DNA of 20,000 nt, taken from positions 58,151 to 78,150 of the forward strand of contig JAPEUD010000099.1 of assembly GCA_026026165.1 (NCBI GenBank), read 5' to 3'. Within the stretch, counting starts at the first letter, position 1. Every line of letters begins with the position of its first letter. Below are positions 10,916 through 19,959 of this stretch, one piece after another. The stretch is from Sarea resinae. Taxonomy: Eukaryota. The notes beneath the pieces were generated by a model, which was given only the letters and a program-made list of their open reading frames with translations, was not told where the DNA came from and searched no databases. The position numbers and the translations under genes were made by a program.

Positions 10916-13252
10916 ATGAGTGCATCCAATCCGCATGGAGAATCTGAGGGTGCGGGGAACAACCCAAGGCACCCGGTCATCATTTACGACCCCGAAGGTG
11001 AGTGGATGGATGGCGATGACGACATGGACTATGAACCGACAACTGAGGGTGATGAAGCCGAGGAGTACTATGAGATGGACGAAGATGAGCAAGGTGAACT
11101 AGAAGATTTAGTAGAAGATGTAGAAGACTTCCAAGGTCCGCCCCCTTCTATCGTGTGTTGCACATGGATTCGAAGCTTACCACCCGTCGTTGCCAGTAGA
11201 CGCCGAGCAGTCCCTCGGCGATGTTGAGATAGAATTCGCCCATGCCTTGGGCGACGACCTCAGCGAATCTGCGGACGACGAGGGCGAGGAAACCCAAACG
11301 GGAGAGCCGAGAGAGAGACAAGCGGCCACCGCAGATACATTCAGAAGTATGGTTGAGATGAAGATAAAATCAAATCGCACAAGCTTACTTTCCTCGTATT
11401 AGTAACTCAAGGACAGATCATGCGGCTTCTCGGTGGTCACTCTGGCTTCGCCCGTATCCTCGCACAGCATCTTCCAGGAGGTCGTGCCATGCTCGATGAA
11501 GAAAATGATGATCTCGAAGGAGGATATGGAGGGCTACCCGGCAGAAGAAGAAGGAGGCCCAAAGCCGAACTTCCAAAAGTGCCGAGTGATACTGGAAGAG
11601 AATTGATGGAATCTGGGACATTCGGCTCCAATGAACCATTTGAGGGAAGCTTCAAGAAGAAGAGAAAGTTATCGAGCAGGATACTTAACAGGGAGTTGGG
11701 TCTCCTTGACAACGTATCACGTCAAAGGACGGCAAACAAGTTAATTTCCCAAGTAAGGCCCGCTGATATGTCCGTTGTGTCAACCTGCTGAGATGTCTTT
11801 GAATTATAGGGCTTAATACCGTCCTCTAATGCCGACATGATAATTCACTATGACGCTCGCTGCTACTCTGGGCAATTCTCCGATGATGGCAATTTCTTCT
11901 TCTCGTGCGCTCAAGACTTTAGGGTTCGAATGTATGACACATCAAATCCTTACCGATGGAAATACTATAAGACCGTGGACTATCCAGTCGGCCAATGGAC
12001 GATTACAGATGCATCTTTGAGTCCCGACAACAAATTAATAGCTTACAGCTCGATTAGAAGTATCGTCTGCCTCGCACCAACCGATCCGGGTGAGACCGGA
12101 GACCCGTGGATGCTTGACTTCTCGGATCTAGGGACTGGCGCAAGGAGGCGTGGACATGGATATAGTCATTTCGGTGTATGCCTTCTGCTACCCCAAATTT
12201 TCCTTTTACTGACAGAATACCCAGATCTGGTCAATTCGCTTCTCGGGAGACGGCCGAGAAATAGTTGCTGGAACGTCGGATCGCTCAGTCTACGTCCACG
12301 ACATCGAAACCCGTCAGTCTATCCTCAAGATCTCCGGTCACCAAGATGACGTCAATGCTGTGTGTTTTGGGGACACATCTTCGCCCCATATTCTCTATTC
12401 TGGCTCTGATGATACCACGATCAAAGTTTGGGATCGGAGAAGCATGGGCGACAGTAGAGAAGCTGGCGTTTTCCTCGGTCATACTGAAGGTGTCACTTAT
12501 GTTGACAGCAAGGGTGACGGCCGATACGTGCTCAGCAACGGGAAAGACCAGACAATGAAACTATGGGATCTAAGGAAGATGATATCTACAGATCGATTTG
12601 ATAAAATTGATGTAAACGAGTACACCAGTGGCTTCGATTACCGTTTCGAGCCATTTGATGCCGATTATTCACCACATCCACACGATTGCTCCCTGGTAAC
12701 CTTCCGAGGTCACAAAGTCCTGAAGACGTTGATTAGATGTCATTTTTCACCACCTGGCAGTACCGACTCGCGCTATGTCTACACTGGCAGTGAAGATGGC
12801 TCTGTCTATATCTACAATCTGGATGCAACTTTAGCCGGAAAGGTGGATGTCAACGATGCGACGCATGCTCCCGGACATGTGGAACAATATGGGAGCTACC
12901 GCAGCAGCGGTGGATGGAAAACTTGCGTAAGGGATGCAAGTTGGCATCCCACCGCCCCTGCAATTGCTGGTAAGTCTTATCGCTCATCCTACGATAGGTC
13001 ATTTAGCTGATCAGCCCCCTTTTCACAGCGACCTCTTGGAATGGGTGGGGCATGTCATCTGGAACGTGTACTCTCCACACATGGAACGACGGGCTTGATG
13101 AAGACGAAGCTGAACCTGAGATGGGCGTACGTGTTGACCAAAAACTTGAGCATGACCAGAATATTTACGAGAATATTCGGATGGGTGAGCGGACGCGATT
13201 AAGAAGTCGAAGGGCACGAATGGACGAGGACAGTGATAGCGACTGGTTTTAG
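10916..13252 (+). CDS. WDR23: WD40-repeat protein of the DCAF11/WDR23 (LEC14B-like) family, putative CUL4-DDB1 substrate receptor (~683 aa); exons 10916-11135, 11200(or 11197)-11346, 11403-11752, 11810-12175, 12225-12969, 13029-13252
   Basis: Five GT-AG introns join six segments in frame. Acidic N-terminus. Family-typical segments YSGQFSDDGNFFFSCAQDF, WTITDASLSPD, IWSIRFSGDGREIVAG, GHKVLKTLIRCHFSP and VRDASWHP. WDxR motifs IKVWDRR and MKLWDLRK. Confidence 0.9.
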
Positions 13253-13595
13253 CCCACAAAGCTGAGAAGGCTGATGCTGTCAGGTTATCCGTTTTTTGGC
13301 TCCATATCGTGCGCTCTCTTTAGTATAGTGAAAACAACCCGAGCTTGCTGGACTGGGAACGGTATTACGGCGTTCAACATGGGTGGCAATAGTTGGAAAA
13401 TGACCACATTACATCTTCAAGTGAATTGTATGCACAACGAAACGCCAGAAGGAAACCGCTGATATAGTACAAAGGGCGCTAGTCGAGACCACTTCCTGTG
13501 TTTATGGACGTTTTCGACGTCGATGCGTCACGCTGCTCTCCAGGGCATTGCGTATTCTGCTCCCCGCCATGTCCCTTGCCATCAATATGCCGTAA

Positions 13596-13979
13596 TCATG
13601 CGCCTCCGACCAAGATGTTATTGACGGGGATGTGAACTATAGAAGTACAGTGTCAACGCATGGCTTCAAGGCACTGCAGACGAAGGGCGAGGGCTGAACG
13701 TACTCAGTTTGACAAAGTAGCCTATCGTGCCCATGATGACGAAGCCAACGCCGACAGCTTGGGAGATTTTGATGAATTCACGCTTGTCGGCTGCGAAAAG
13801 ACATGTTTGTTAGCCAGTTGACCATGTGATGGGATGTGAACAAGCAGTAAGCCAGTCGCATTGCATTGATGGCGGTGGATACATGAGCACATACGTTTCG
13901 TGCAACGGTTGAGGAATTGCGTGCCATCCCTGAGAAAGTCCCGTGGGATCTCGGCGATATCCTTGAGTTGATCGGACAT
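13596..13979 (-). CDS. SSS1: Protein translocon Sec61 gamma subunit (70 aa); exons 13979-13895, 13790-13704, 13636-13596
   Basis: Spliced product MSDQLKDIAEIPRDFLRDGTQFLNRCTKPDKREFIKISQAVGVGFVIMGTIGYFVKLIHIPVNNILVGGA* is a typical Sec61 gamma. Introns 13894-13791 (GTATGT...GCTAAC...CAG) and 13703-13637 (GTACGT...TAG). Not recovered intact by the ORF track. Confidence 0.97.
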
Positions 13980-14928
13980 GTTTGTCTTTGAAGAGAGTGT
14001 GTAGCGAGCGGAGAAGTGGACTGTGGAAGGGAATAGTGAGAGAAGGTGGTGATGATGCTCCCTTTTTGGTGATCTTGAATCGATCGGATAGGTGTCTAGA
14101 ACTACTGCGGTAGAACAAGCGACCGTTGGTACGCAGTTGTACGCAATACGGTGTAGACCTGAGCACCAGCAGCGCGAGCTCCTTCTGTCGCGACTCCCAT
14201 GCCATCCAATGCAGGCGGCCGCCAGAGAAAGACACAAGAGACAAGGGAACCTGGACAGCTCCAGTCCAACAACTTCGACATCCCGACATCCAGCCACTTC
14301 ACCTTCATCGGATTTCTTCCCTTCTCCGCCTCACACGATCCTCTCACAATCTTCACTCAATCTTCATCGCTCTGTTTGCCCTTTGGGTTCTCTATCCACC
14401 TACCTAGCCGACGCCTCACGACACGACTGCGTACTCGACCACTTACTACGCTCTTTAGTTGAATCTCTCTGCGTCTTCTTTCGATTTGTTTGCTCGGATT
14501 CTCTAGGGTCTCTGAGCTTGCGCAACCGATACTCCGTTCGTACTGTCATCCGGAACTCGCTGTACAACGCGAGGGCGTGGGGCTTGAATTGGGAGGGTAA
14601 ACAAAATTGTTCATCGTCATCGAGCTCAATTGGCGCGCTGGCTGATTGCCGTCTCTTCTATTTCTTCTCCCCGGGGACCAGGCTCACTCTGCTTTCTGCG
14701 TGCAGCCAATTCTTTCCAGGCCAACTTTCTTGAGCCCGTGAAGCCTCCGTCTTTCTGTCTGCTCGTTGAGACGACATCAAGTCAGAGCAGAGACCTTTTA
14801 TCCTCATTATCACATCCGCTTTATTCGCTGCGTCTGTCTAGGAAGACAAGCAGCCGAGAGATTTGTCATACATACGTTAAGCTGTTCAGCTACTGAGATT
14901 TGTTCCGGTCGTGGCTTTCTGAGGGACT

Positions 14929-15098
14929 GTACGTATGCCCGATCTTTTTTTTTCCATGTATACCGCAATGGCAGGCAATCTCCAAAGGACGACGACAACG
15001 ACGACGACGGTGAAGATGGCGTTGAGTGATTTTGGATGAACATCTCGTTGTGCACGCTTTTCTTCTCCTGAGCTGATCGTTTGGCTTTACTTATACAG
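14929..15098 (+). other. 5'UTR intron of the CFIm68/RBP35 gene, containing a uORF
   Basis: Donor GTACGT (14929) or GTATGC (14933), branch GCTGAT (15072-15077), acceptor CAG (15096-15098). All five plus-strand ATGs between 14212 and 15200 lie inside it. Confidence 0.7.
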
Positions 15099-15200
15099 AG
15101 CTGTACTTCCCCTGCAGCCTTGCACGCCGAGACAAAGCATATCTATAAGGCAATCAAGAAGTAACAATCTCATCATAGCATACCCTACGCTTCTATCTCA

Positions 15201-16814
15201 ATGGCTGAAGAAGACAATTTCGACATCGATATCTATGGCGATGGTGGCGATGAGTATCAGAACGAGGTCAATGGCGGGGCTGAGGTCAAGAAGGAAGAGC
15301 ACCACGACTTGACTCTTGATGGCTCGAATGATCCATCAAACAATAAGCCCAATGGAGCCATGAAGTCGGAGCAAGAAAACAAAGGTGAAGAGCCCAGCCA
15401 CGGGGATACCCAGGTAGGCCGTGACGAGAAGTCGGAGCATGAGGCCCAGCAAAAAATTGCTAGTACCGATGGCCCTTCTCATGGCCATCTACAACCCCCG
15501 AAGCAACCTCCTCAAAAACAGGGTGTGAAGCGGAAGGAGGGCCCTGACGACAGGCCAATTGATAATGGATCAACCAATGCCCTTTTCATCTCGGATCTAC
15601 ACTGGTGGACCACCGATGATGATATTCGAGGCTGGGTCAATCAAAGTGGATGCGAGGATGAGTTGAGAGATATCACTTTCAGTGAACACAAGGTCAATGG
15701 TAAAAGCAAAGGGCAAGTCCATTATTTAACTAGACACCATGTACCGACTGCTAATTACGGTACTTGTAGGCAAGCTTACATTGAGTTTGCCTCCCCACAG
15801 GCTGCTACTGCTGTCAAGCATAAGATCGAATCATTTGGGAACGGACAACCTACCAAGAAGCATACTGTCACTTTCACAGGTCCTGGCAATAATCCATTCC
15901 GCACGCTCCCCAAAGACGCGCCCGCACGAGGCAAAGATGGCCCACGGGATCGCGATACTAACCGATCTGCATCTGGTGGCTTCAATAGCCCCGGACCCAT
16001 GCATGGTGGTGGAAGCAACTTCGGCATGAACATGGGTGGAGGATTCCGTGGTGGACGAGGTGGGTATAACAATCGCGGCCATATGAACAACAATAACAAC
16101 ATGGGTGGCGGCTATAATAACCGGAGCTTCTCCGGACCGGTGGCGAGTATGCCGCCAACTGGCTTTCAGGCAGGTCCGATGGGTGGGTATCCAACCCCAA
16201 TGGGCGGTATGCAGCCGTTTGGTAACTTCCCCCCCAATCGAGGCGGCATGATGGGAGGAGGAATGCGGGGAGGCCCAGGTGGTCGGGGCGGTCGAGGAGG
16301 GATGGGCCCGGGCCCGGCTGGTATGATGGGTGGTATGCCGATGGGTGGTATGGGCGGAATGAATATGGGAGGTATGCCTGGACCGATGGGGCCGATGGCT
16401 GGTAACATGGGTATGGGACAGATGGGAGGCATGCAAGGTACGAACATCCTCAGTATACAGCCCACTATGAGAGGAGGGTACACCAACTCTACGCCCGGTG
16501 GTGGGTTTTATGGTCACACCAGCACCGTCTTTGAATCTCTAGCAGCTCCTGCGGGTTCTGCTGCTGGCAATCATCCGTCTGGAACATATCCCGGGACATA
16601 TCCCAGTCCTCATCACAACTACTCTCTCTATCCTTCACCTACTTATCAGAATGCGACACTAAATCGATCTCTTCATTCATCAGGTCCCGGAGGTTTCCCA
16701 AGCCCACAAGCACATTACAACCCAGCGTTCTACGGCCAGAACCAAGCTTCTAGCCCTGGTGCTGGAGACGGCAATTGGAACCCCCACGGTGCGAAGCGAC
16801 CGCGGCCGGAGTGA
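15201..16814 (+). CDS. RBP35: Cleavage factor Im large subunit-like RRM/RGG protein (CFIm68/CPSF6 family; fungal Rbp35-like); 436 aa fully spliced (exons 15201-15712, 15770-16437, 16684-16814), 537 aa unspliced
   Basis: N-terminal DIDIYGD and the RRM ALFISDLHWWTTDDDI...FSEHKVNGKSKGQAYIEF resemble the CPSF6/7 RRM. Six RGG motifs lie in a Gly/Met/Asn-rich region, and the C-terminus is basic (KRPRPE). Family assignment is from recalled motifs, not a database search. Confidence 0.85.
   Translation: MAEEDNFDIDIYGDGGDEYQNEVNGGAEVKKEEHHDLTLDGSNDPSNNKPNGAMKSEQENKGEEPSHGDTQVGRDEKSEHEAQQKIASTDGPSHGHLQPPKQPPQKQGVKRKEGPDDRPIDNGSTNALFISDLHWWTTDDDIRGWVNQSGCEDELRDITFSEHKVNGKSKGQVHYLTRHHVPTANYGTCRQAYIEFASPQAATAVKHKIESFGNGQPTKKHTVTFTGPGNNPFRTLPKDAPARGKDGPRDRDTNRSASGGFNSPGPMHGGGSNFGMNMGGGFRGGRGGYNNRGHMNNNNNMGGGYNNRSFSGPVASMPPTGFQAGPMGGYPTPMGGMQPFGNFPPNRGGMMGGGMRGGPGGRGGRGGMGPGPAGMMGGMPMGGMGGMNMGGMPGPMGPMAGNMGMGQMGGMQGTNILSIQPTMRGGYTNSTPGGGFYGHTSTVFESLAAPAGSAAGNHPSGTYPGTYPSPHHNYSLYPSPTYQNATLNRSLHSSGPGGFPSPQAHYNPAFYGQNQASSPGAGDGNWNPHGAKRPRPE
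15713..15769 (+). other. Non-canonical GC-AG intron (57 nt) in the RRM
   Basis: AGG|GCAAGT...GCTAAT...TAG|G. This donor restores the RNP1 motif KGQAYIEF in frame; the nearby GT at 15717 would frameshift. Confidence 0.8.
16438..16683 (+). other. 246-nt in-frame, stop-free intron (exitron-like)
   Basis: CAAG|GTACGA...CACTAAAT...TCATCAG|GT. Amino-acid composition switches abruptly from Gly/Met-rich to Tyr/Pro/Ser-rich at the donor. Confidence 0.6.
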
Positions 16815-17544
16815 GATAACCGTGCACCGCTCCAGTGGGGACGTGGGTATTAATCTGCGCTATATTTCGCCTTACTGCCTCGAGATGGCTCTGGTGGCCT
16901 CTTGCTTTTACGGTAATCGATCGTTGTGCTTCGGAGGGTGTCGGCTCGGTGGGTTCAGGATAGGAGGTCTACGGGCAGACAAAGGGGCGGACGGCCGCCG
17001 GAGAGGGGTGCAACCTTGCCAGGTCTTGTCCTGGAAGTCGAGTAATCGGGCTTTTTTCTTAATGAGTGTATACTAGAGTCTCTTCTCTTCTTCCCTCGTC
17101 TCTCCTTTTTTCTTCGCGGTCGTGTCTTGCCGGCTGCCAAAAGCGACAGATCTGGCTTTCACATGAATCGGCTGTCTTATCAAATTGGTCACGGATGTCA
17201 AAGGTTTTCGTGTGTGTGTGTGTCTGCCTCGTGGGTTGGTTTGGGATGCGCCTCCTCGGGGTTTCTGTGATGGGGTGTCTTGGTCGAGTGGTCTTCTCTT
17301 CTTTGATTCTGGTGTCTCACTGGTATTGGTGATCTGTCGGGCATATCGCGCTGAGTGTGATTGAGTCCTTTTCTCTTGGATTTCCATTTGCGCACGTTCG
17401 GTGCCATTGTATCTAAAAGCGCACCATTTCGGCACGACCTGCGCTCGACCTGGCGCTAGCCCTTTCGAGGGGTAAGGTACCTTACGGTAGCTGCTCTTCC
17501 AGGTTGTCGGATAAGCTGTAGGCTGGTAGGGATGGGATCCATAT

Positions 17545-17576
17545 CTAAGGTACCTACCTTCTAAGGTACCTACCTT
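17545..17576. repeat. Tandem 16-bp direct repeat (CTAAGGTACCTACCTT)x2 upstream of GPI2
   Basis: Read directly; related palindrome GTAAGGTACCTTAC at 17472-17485. Confidence 0.85.
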
Positions 17577-17695
17577 GCGGAGTACACACTACGTACTACA
17601 CACAACCACCTCGTGGACGTTCCCCGTTGAAGCTCACCTCAACTTACCTAGTACGCTCAACTCCCGCTCAACCTCGATGATCTCATTCTTGTCCG

Positions 17696-19621
17696 ATGCC
17701 ATCTTCCAAGGTGGCTTCTCTTCACGAATACTCGCCTCCGGACCATGACCGGCTGCCCCAGTCCGTCCTGCAACACCGAGCGAAAAGCTCCGACCCAAAC
17801 CGCCTGGCCCCGGAAGATGCTTTCTTCGCCCACTCACCACCAAAGAGGCAGAGGCAGCTGGGAGATGGGTTGCTCGCCGGCGCAGACGGAGGCCGCAATG
17901 CGCTACTGAATGCTTCCGCCGGTGTTGGTGCGGCGCGCAGGAAACGGGACAAGTCGAGGGGCCGGAGTGCTAGTCGCCGGCGCAAGGGGGTATGGAAGAA
18001 GCTGTTATGGGTCAAGCAATCCTGTGAGTGCGCATCTCTCCGAACGACGGTGCAGCGCAACTGAGTCCTCCCACTACTCAGACCCGGATAACTACACCGA
18101 TGAAGAGACCTTTCTCGACCACCTCCAGCGTAACCCGCGCCTCCAACCCTACGACTTCTGGCCGCTTGTCGCGGACTCGACGGTCATAGTCCAGCATGTT
18201 TGTTCCGTGATCCTCTTCATCTGCTGCTTTGCCGGCATCTCGCAGAATCGCGTGTCGCCTGTCTCGGTCGTCAGCTGGGGCTCTTTCGGGACCGTCGTCG
18301 GCTGGATCTTGTATGACTTCTGGGTCGGCCAGGAAGAGGCCGCTCATGCTCATGCTGAAGCCGATAATCCGGAGCACGTCGCCGCGGCCACCACTGGCGC
18401 CAATGAAGGGGATAGCTCGACGAGTTCTGGCTCTGCAACGTCGACTTGTCAACAACAAAAGGAGCAGCAACCTCAAGGTCTCGGCCTGACCTTGCCCTCC
18501 TCCCTCCCCACCATGGCCTCCCTCGGTACCTCCATGTCCTCGATCCCACCCACCGCCCGCCTCAGCCACTCCCGTACGACGAGCGCAAACACCCTCCCAT
18601 CGACCTCGACCAACCCGCCCACGGCCTCTTCCTCGCCCATAGCATCCGGCCACCCGACGGGCGCGGCCAACTTTGCAAACTACAGCTACTTCCCGCCCTA
18701 CGGCGCGCCCGCGTCGCCCTTTTCCCCGCGCAACCAACAGCGCATCGCGACGGCCAAATCGGCCATTCTGATCTACAGCGCGCTGCTGGGCCTCAGCCCG
18801 ATTCTGAAGTCGCTGACCAAGAGCACCACGAGCGACAGTATCTGGGCCATGAGCTGCTGGCTGATGTGTATCAACGTGTTTTTCTTCGACTACGGGGGCG
18901 GCGTCGGCGTCAAGTACGTTGCAATTCCTTTTCTTTTCTTGCCTTTTCCTTTCTTTCCTTTCCATTTCTTTCCCTTCCATTTCTTTCCTTTCCATTTCTT
19001 TCCTTTCCATTTCTTTCCTTTCCATTTCTTTCCTTTCCATTTCTTTCCTTTCCTCTCCCTCTCTCTCTCCCTTTCCCCCTCTCTCCCTCTCTCTCTCCTC
19101 CGCCCTCGTCCTCTTCCCCAGCTAAGATCACCACCCACCCACCCAGATTCCCCGCCTCGCTCTCAACCAACGCCGCCGTAATGGCCAGCACAGTGCTCGC
19201 CTCGCGCCTCCCGAGCACGACGCACGTCTTCAGCCTGACGCTCTTCTCGATCGAAGTGTTCGGGCTCTTCCCCGTGTTCCGGCGGCACCTGCGCCACATC
19301 TCGTGGCGCGGGCACCTTTTGCTGACGACGCTGCTGGTCATGGGCGCCGGCGCCAGCGTCGGCGTCATCCTGGCTCCGGCCCCTGCTCCGGCCCCCGCCG
19401 CGGCGACGCGCGATCCCAGCCACGCGGCCGCCGGCTTCTTCTTCTTCTTCGCCGGCTGCTGGAAATCCGCCCTCGGCGGCTTGGTGACGGGTGGTCTGCT
19501 GACGGCGCTGGCTATGGGCGGCTGCTCGTGGTGGCTGATTGGGCTGCAGAAGTATAAGAATGAGATCCATGGGCCGTGGGATCCGGCGAGGCCGGTCATA
19601 AGACGGCAGAGGTGGGATTAG
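17696..19621 (+). CDS. GPI2: GPI-GlcNAc transferase subunit Gpi2/PIG-C (~544 aa); exons 17696-18023, 18082-18913, 19147-19621
   Basis: Spliced motifs WKKLLWVKQSYPDNYTD, LLGLSPILKSLTKSTTSDSIWA, SLSTNAAVMASTVLASRL and LQKYKNEIHGPWDPARP are characteristic of PIG-C/Gpi2. Introns 18024-18081 (GTGAGT...CAG) and 18914-19146 (GTACGT...GCTAAG...CAG). Confidence 0.95.
18949..19053. repeat. 15-bp minisatellite (CATTTCTTTCCTTTC)x6+ inside GPI2 intron 2
   Basis: CAT recurs at 18963, 18978, 18993, 19008, 19023 and 19038, followed by CT-rich repeats. Confidence 0.95.
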
Positions 19622-19632
19622 CGTTGACTTTT

Positions 19633-19692
19633 GCGTGTGCGTGCGTGCGTGCGTGTGTACTTTTTTGTGAGAGAGAGAGAGAGAGAGAGAGA
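19633..19692. repeat. (GCGT)n and (GA)12 microsatellites just downstream of the GPI2 stop
   Basis: Read directly; the GA run spans 19669-19692. Confidence 0.9.
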
Positions 19693-19726
19693 AGGGGCCA
19701 AGGAAGGACGGGGCAAGCGTTTTTGA

Positions 19727-19789
19727 TTGTGAAGTTTGTAAAGTTTGTGAAGTTTGTAAAGTTTGTAAAGTTTGTAAACGTTGTAAAGC
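19727..19789. repeat. 9-bp tandem repeat (TTGTRAAGT)x7, last two copies imperfect
   Basis: ttgtgaagt ttgtaaagt ttgtgaagt ttgtaaagt ttgtaaagt ttgtaaacg ttgtaaagc. Confidence 0.9.
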
Positions 19790-19940
19790 AAGCAGGCAAG
19801 TGTCTATTATTGTGTGGCACACGCGCCGTCTATTGAATTGTCTAGCTAGTCGCTCGCGAGGCCCGCAGACATGTCTATTGTAAACGAAGATTGCGAAGCA
19901 AAGGACAGAAAAAAAGGCAAGGCGCTTGATGAGACATGCT

Positions 19941-19959
19941 TCAATTCCGACTCCTGCTT

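Noticed and set aside
13722..14297. 191-aa minus ORF as an N-terminally extended Sec61 gamma
   Set aside because: It is read-through of promoter, exon 1 and intron 1; the spliced 70-aa product from ATG 13979 is already complete.
14092..14733. 213-aa plus ORF between SSS1 and RBP35
   Set aside because: Non-ATG start, no recognisable protein features, and it overlaps the divergent promoter and pyrimidine-rich leader.
14929..15098. Intron-encoded box C/D snoRNA in the RBP35 5'UTR intron
   Set aside because: CTGA occurs near the 3' end, but there is no canonical TGATGA box C or terminal stem.
15776..16517. Pro/His-rich antisense ORFs over RBP35
   Set aside because: Antisense shadows of the Gly/Met-rich low-complexity coding sequence.
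18078..19040. 320-aa minus ORF with MERKE repeats, plus the FPFHF and KGKKW repeat readings
   Set aside because: These are shadows of GC-rich GPI2 exon 2 and the intronic 15-bp minisatellite; the spliced GPI2 model explains the region.
18949..19053. Regular repeat as a possible CRISPR array
   Set aside because: The units are contiguous with no spacers, in a eukaryotic intron.
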